Positions 60,233 to 64,000 of a stretch of 64,000 nt of DNA are shown piece by piece (positions within the stretch are counted from its first letter, which is position 1; the number at the start of each line of letters is the position of its first letter). The notes under the pieces were generated by a model. The model was not told the DNA's origin and did not search any database. It worked only from the letters and a program-made list of their open reading frames with translations. Source of the stretch: Rickettsiales bacterium (lineage in GTDB: Bacteria; Pseudomonadota; Alphaproteobacteria; Rickettsiales; JAIXRX01); contig CBDFGH010000010.1 in NCBI GenBank assembly GCA_965247145.1, forward strand, positions 38,231 through 102,230, read 5' to 3'. The translations under genes and the position numbers were made by a program.

Positions 60233-62068
60233 ATGACCGAGATTCGCAACATCGCCATCATCGCGCACGTCGATCATGGCAAGACCACGCTCATCGACCA
60301 GCTGCTGCGCCAGGCCGGCTCCTTCCGCGACAACCAGCAAGTGGCGGAACGCGTGATGGATTCGAACGATCTGGAAAAAGAACGCGGCATCACCATTCTC
60401 GCCAAATGCACCTCCGTGCAGTGGGACGATGTGCGCATGAACATCGTCGATACCCCCGGCCACGCCGATTTCGGCGGGGAAGTGGAGCGCGTGCTGAGCA
60501 TGGTGGACGGCGTGCTGCTGCTGGTGGATGCCGCCGAAGGCCCGCTGCCGCAGACCAAATTCGTCCTCGGCAAGGCGCTGGCGCTCGGCATGCGCCCGAT
60601 GGTCATCATCAACAAGATCGACCGCCCCGATGCGCAGATCGATGTGGTGCTGAACGAAGTGTTCGATCTCTTCGCCGCCATCGGCGCGACGGATGAACAG
60701 CTCGATTTCCCCGTGCTCTACGCCTCCGGCCGTCAGGGCTGGTGCGTGACCGAACTCGATCAGCCCCGCGAAAACCTGCATGGCATGTTCGATCTCGTCG
60801 TGAAGCACGTACCCGCGCCGGACGTGGACAAGGACGCGCCCTTCACCATGCTGGCGACGATTCTGGAAGCCGATCCTTACTTGGGCCGCATTCTCACCGG
60901 CAAAGTCTATAGTGGCCGCGCCAAGGTGAACAGCCCGGTGAAAGTGCTCGATCTCGAAGGCAAGGTGCTGGAAACCGGTCGCTTGACCAAGCTGCTTTCC
61001 TTCCAGGGCATCAAGCGCTCGCCGGTGGAAGAAGTGGAAGCAGGCGATATCGTCTCCATCGCCGGTCTGACGGTGGCCACCGTGGCCAACACCATCGCCG
61101 CTCCCGAGGTCGAAACCCCCGTGCCCTCCATGCCGATCGATCCGCCTACCATGGCGATCACCATCTCGGTGAACGATTCGCCCTTCGCGGGCCAGGAAGG
61201 CACCAAAGTCACCAGCCGCATGATCCGCGACCGTTTGCTGGCCGAAGCCGAAACCAACGTGGCGATTACGGTCGATGAAACCGCAGCGGGCGATGCCTAC
61301 GTGGTCGGTGGCCGCGGCGAATTGCAGCTGGGCGTGCTCATCGAAAACATGCGCCGGGAAGGCTTCGAGCTGACCGTCTCCCGCCCCCGCGTCATCATGC
61401 GGACCGACGAGGACGGCAAAAAGCTGGAGCCGATGGAAGAAGTGACCGTCGATGTCGATGACGAATATACCGGCGTCGTGGTCGAGAAAATCTCGATGCG
61501 CAAAGGCGAGATGACCGACATGCGCCCGAGTGGCGGCGGCAAGACCCGCATCATGTTCCTGGCTCCCAGCCGCGGCCTCATTGGCTATCAGGGCGAATTC
61601 CTGACCGACACGCGCGGCACCGGTGTCATCAACCGTCTGTTCAGCGCCTTCGGCCCCTACAAAGGCGACATCCCCGGCCGCCGCAACGGCGCGCTCATCA
61701 GCACGGATCAGGGCGAAGCGGTGGCCTACGCGATCTTCAACCTGCAGGATCGCGGCGTGATGTTCATCAAGGAAGGCATCAAGGTTTATGGCGGCATGAT
61801 CGTCGGCGAACATAGCCGCGACAACGACCTCGAGATCAACGTGCTGAAGGGCAAACAGCTCACCAACATTCGCACGACGAGCAAGGACGAAGCCGTCCGC
61901 CTGATCCCGCCGAAAGCCATGACCCTGGAAGAAATGATTGCCTACATCGAGGAAGATGAACTGGTCGAAGTCACTCCGAAGAATTTGCGGCTGCGGAAAA
62001 CTTCGCTGGATGCGAACGAGCGGAAGCGGTTTGCCCGGGACAAGAAGAATGGCAAAGACGCGGCGTAA
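60233..62068 (+). CDS. typA: Translational GTPase TypA/BipA
   Basis: [17 protein letters not shown]...[14 protein letters not shown]...NKIDR..., with EF-G-like domains and the BipA C-terminal domain. Confidence 0.95.
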   Translation: MTEIRNIAIIAHVDHGKTTLIDQLLRQAGSFRDNQQVAERVMDSNDLEKERGITILAKCTSVQWDDVRMNIVDTPGHADFGGEVERVLSMVDGVLLLVDAAEGPLPQTKFVLGKALALGMRPMVIINKIDRPDAQIDVVLNEVFDLFAAIGATDEQLDFPVLYASGRQGWCVTELDQPRENLHGMFDLVVKHVPAPDVDKDAPFTMLATILEADPYLGRILTGKVYSGRAKVNSPVKVLDLEGKVLETGRLTKLLSFQGIKRSPVEEVEAGDIVSIAGLTVATVANTIAAPEVETPVPSMPIDPPTMAITISVNDSPFAGQEGTKVTSRMIRDRLLAEAETNVAITVDETAAGDAYVVGGRGELQLGVLIENMRREGFELTVSRPRVIMRTDEDGKKLEPMEEVTVDVDDEYTGVVVEKISMRKGEMTDMRPSGGGKTRIMFLAPSRGLIGYQGEFLTDTRGTGVINRLFSAFGPYKGDIPGRRNGALISTDQGEAVAYAIFNLQDRGVMFIKEGIKVYGGMIVGEHSRDNDLEINVLKGKQLTNIRTTSKDEAVRLIPPKAMTLEEMIAYIEEDELVEVTPKNLRLRKTSLDANERKRFARDKKNGKDAA

Positions 62069-62086
62069 CAATCGGCTGTATCGTTC

Positions 62087-62113
62087 AAAGGGGAGGCATG
62101 GCCTCCCCTTTTC
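62087..62113. terminator. Bidirectional Rho-independent terminator between typA and the glycosyltransferase gene
   Basis: aaa-ggggaggc-atg-gcctcccc-ttttc. Confidence 0.75.
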
Positions 62114-62122
62114 ATTTCTGCC

Positions 62123-63352
62123 TTACGCTCCATCACCTACTTCCTCTTGCGGTTCGGCCCAGTAGATCTGGTGGGCCAGTATCGCGAGGATGATGAGGAT
62201 GAAGAAAGGCTGCAGCAAGGTGGGTACGGCGGGCGGTTCGCCATCGGCAAGGTAGGGGGTGTAGGAGAAGAACACCACGATCTGCGAGAGAACGGCCAGC
62301 GCAGTGAAGCGGGGCCGTGCGAAGGCCAAAGCGAACAGAAAGATTTCCGCCGACATCATGTAGCGCTCATGCATTCTGGGCAACAAGAACGGCACCAGAA
62401 ACAGCAGGAAAGTGGCGAATGTCAACCGGTCGCCGCGCCGCATGCCGCGCTCCTGCATCAGCGCGTTCAGCGCGCAAAACCCGACGCAGGCGGTAGCAAG
62501 ACACAAGCCGCCCGAAACGAAATAGGGCGAGAGAAAATTTGGCACCCATTGGTAAAGATTGGGCGAACTCCAGGTGAGTTGCTGCGGGTAGCCGTGCGCC
62601 TGAGTGAAGTAGATCATTAAGAGATCGGCCAAAGGCCGCCCGGCAAGCAGGGAAGGAACGAGCAAAAGCGCGTAGGTTCCCACCGCCGCCAGCGGCGCGA
62701 AGAAGCGACAGCGCGCATCGCTCACCCACAGAAAGACGAGGAACGGTACGAAGAATGCGGCTTGGAGCTTCAGAGCGAAAGCCACGGCCCAGAACGCCCA
62801 GCTGCGCGCATATCGGCCTTGATGAACCGCTGTGAAGCTGAACAGCAGAAACGCTGTATAGGCCGCATCGCACTGCCCCCACATGCTGCCGTTGAAGAAC
62901 ACGCTGGGCACGAAAAGTGTCATGATTCCGGCAAGCATCGGTCGGTGGGGCTGCGTGGTTTCCAGCCGCACGATCCGCATAATGCCATAAGCCAGCAGCA
63001 GGTCGAACAGCACCGCCAGCGATTTCACGGCCAGCAACGGCGAGAGCCCGACCAGCGTGCCCAGATAAAGCAACATCAGATAGGGATGGCTGTAATAATA
63101 GGGATAGGTGCCGAAACTGCGAAACCCCTGTTCGCGCAACACGCCATACCAGCCGGTTAGATCGACGTCGAAGTCATGCGAATGAAAGGGGTAGAATGCC
63201 ACCCGCAGATAAATCGCCAGCAATGCCAGAACGACCATACCTGCCTGCACCATTCGGTCGATTGGGAAGCGATAGCGACTTGAGGCAATGGATGAAACAC
63301 ACGGTGTATCAGTGCGTCGTCCGGTGTTTTGGAATGGCGGAATCTCTTGCAT
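62123..63352 (-). CDS. GT-C-fold polytopic membrane glycosyltransferase (mannosyltransferase-like)
   Basis: ~409 aa and >9 TMs, with an acidic motif in the first loop (HSHDFDVDL). ATG at 63352 preceded by GGGGAG. The family call is approximate. Confidence 0.55.
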   Translation of the reverse strand: MQEIPPFQNTGRRTDTPCVSSIASSRYRFPIDRMVQAGMVVLALLAIYLRVAFYPFHSHDFDVDLTGWYGVLREQGFRSFGTYPYYYSHPYLMLLYLGTLVGLSPLLAVKSLAVLFDLLLAYGIMRIVRLETTQPHRPMLAGIMTLFVPSVFFNGSMWGQCDAAYTAFLLFSFTAVHQGRYARSWAFWAVAFALKLQAAFFVPFLVFLWVSDARCRFFAPLAAVGTYALLLVPSLLAGRPLADLLMIYFTQAHGYPQQLTWSSPNLYQWVPNFLSPYFVSGGLCLATACVGFCALNALMQERGMRRGDRLTFATFLLFLVPFLLPRMHERYMMSAEIFLFALAFARPRFTALAVLSQIVVFFSYTPYLADGEPPAVPTLLQPFFILIILAILAHQIYWAEPQEEVGDGA

Positions 63353-63589
63353 TTCGGTCTCCCCAACATTGGTGTCGGGGAGTTCAGAAAACCGGATATA
63401 AGAACGGCTCGCATGCACCTTTGGCCGCAGCTTGAACATACGTGCATGCCTCCCCGACCAAGGTCGGAGAGTGTTGGTAACGGTACACAAGACCGCTTAT
63501 ATCCAGAGGTTCTGATGCCCCAAAGCAGCGAAGCTGCTTCACACATACGGTAGAGAGAAAGATCAACCGGTTCAAGTCTCGTGTGATGC

Positions 63590-63621
63590 AAAAAGCCCCG
63601 CTATCGGGCGGGGCTTTTTTT
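63590..63621. terminator. Bidirectional Rho-independent terminator overlapping the DUF4236 gene stop
   Basis: aaaa-agccccgc-tatcgg-gcggggct-tttttt. Confidence 0.75.
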
Positions 63622-63909
63622 ATGGTGATGGGCAGGCTTTTCTTCGGGGAGCATTTGGTCTAGCCAGTGATTCTGCTGCGCCCACCACACGCCTAAGCCC
63701 AGCAGCAGGATCAACACCCAGCCGAAGGTGATGCCGCCGGGGCTGCTGCGGTGATACAGGCCGTAGCGGCCTGCATGGGTATAGGTCTTGCCGTCCGCGT
63801 CGATGCCCGCGCGCAGGCCTTTGCCGCCCACCGAGACGCCGAGGCCGCTTTTGGAGAGATTCAGGCGCACCGGGCCGAGATGGATGCCTTTGCGAATATA
63901 AAAAGGCAC
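63601..63909 (-). CDS. DUF4236-like protein with a C-terminal TM
   Basis: (V)PFYIRKGIHLGPVRLNLSKSGLGVSVGGKGLRAG matches the recalled DUF4236 N-terminal motif. GTG start. Confidence 0.65.
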   Translation of the reverse strand: MPFYIRKGIHLGPVRLNLSKSGLGVSVGGKGLRAGIDADGKTYTHAGRYGLYHRSSPGGITFGWVLILLLGLGVWWAQQNHWLDQMLPEEKPAHHHKKSPAR

Positions 63910-63913
63910 TGGC

Positions 63914-64000
63914 TCAACGCTGCAGGAACAGGAAGGCGCATTGCAGGCCGGTGGCGGTGATGTTGTAGACGGCGGTGCTCGCCACGTTGGTGGTCGGGCA
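63914..64000 (-). CDS. 3' end of an unidentified CDS entering from the right edge (...TAVYNITATGLQCAFLFLQR*)
   Basis: The frame is open to the window edge, and its stop lies 4 nt before the downstream GTG start. Too short to classify. Confidence 0.25.
   Translation of the reverse strand, partial: CPTTNVASTAVYNITATGLQCAFLFLQR

Noticed and set aside
63566-63590. A tRNA- or tmRNA-like T-arm motif (accGGTTCAAGTCtcgt) just before the terminator.
   Set aside because: The T-stem has a C-C mismatch and there is no CCA. The only candidate acceptor partner (gcttcac) lies ~30 nt upstream, too close for a tRNA. No tmRNA tag reading frame was found.

Overview
High-GC chromosomal segment whose protein sequences look alphaproteobacterial (an inference from L7/L12, HdaA-type Hda and OmpR/CheY-type regulators). 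Most of it is housekeeping: pmbA; an msbA-DUF374-waaA-lpxK lipid A/Kdo block; purN-purM; DUF2066-perM-hdaA; ppk1-ppx; aat; aroQ; thiS/thiG; amt; ridA; a DAACS symporter; secE-nusG-rplKAJL-rpoBC; scoAB; typA. Five accessory features stand out. (1) An ~11.5 kb chromosomal P-type type IV secretion locus (virB2-B4-B6-B8-B9-B10-B11-virD4). I see no VirB1, VirB3, VirB5 or lipobox VirB7, and no relaxase, integrase or plasmid genes. It has an extended VirB6, a long Pro/Ala linker in VirB9 and two uncharacterised translationally coupled ORFs. This is the best candidate for an unusual system in the window. (2) A mer-like operon (tri-cysteine MerR, outer-membrane barrel, MerP-like protein, MerT/MerC-like protein) with a textbook MerR-type promoter but no merA. 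(3) An OmpR-type regulator, a minimal-sensor histidine kinase and an MscS channel in one operon. (4) A CheY-like regulator with a GPDRRRR tail, next to a possible His-less HPt-like protein and a SixA-type phosphatase. (5) A family of nested-palindrome intergenic repeats with five copies, one of which is translated as the C-terminal tail of a response regulator. Two genes (scoA and an orphan gene) look broken by 1-nt deletions in homopolymers. Several lower-GC orphan genes are scattered between core genes. I found no rRNA, convincing tRNA, CRISPR array or transposase. All family assignments come from motifs read by eye and recalled family knowledge; no searches were run.
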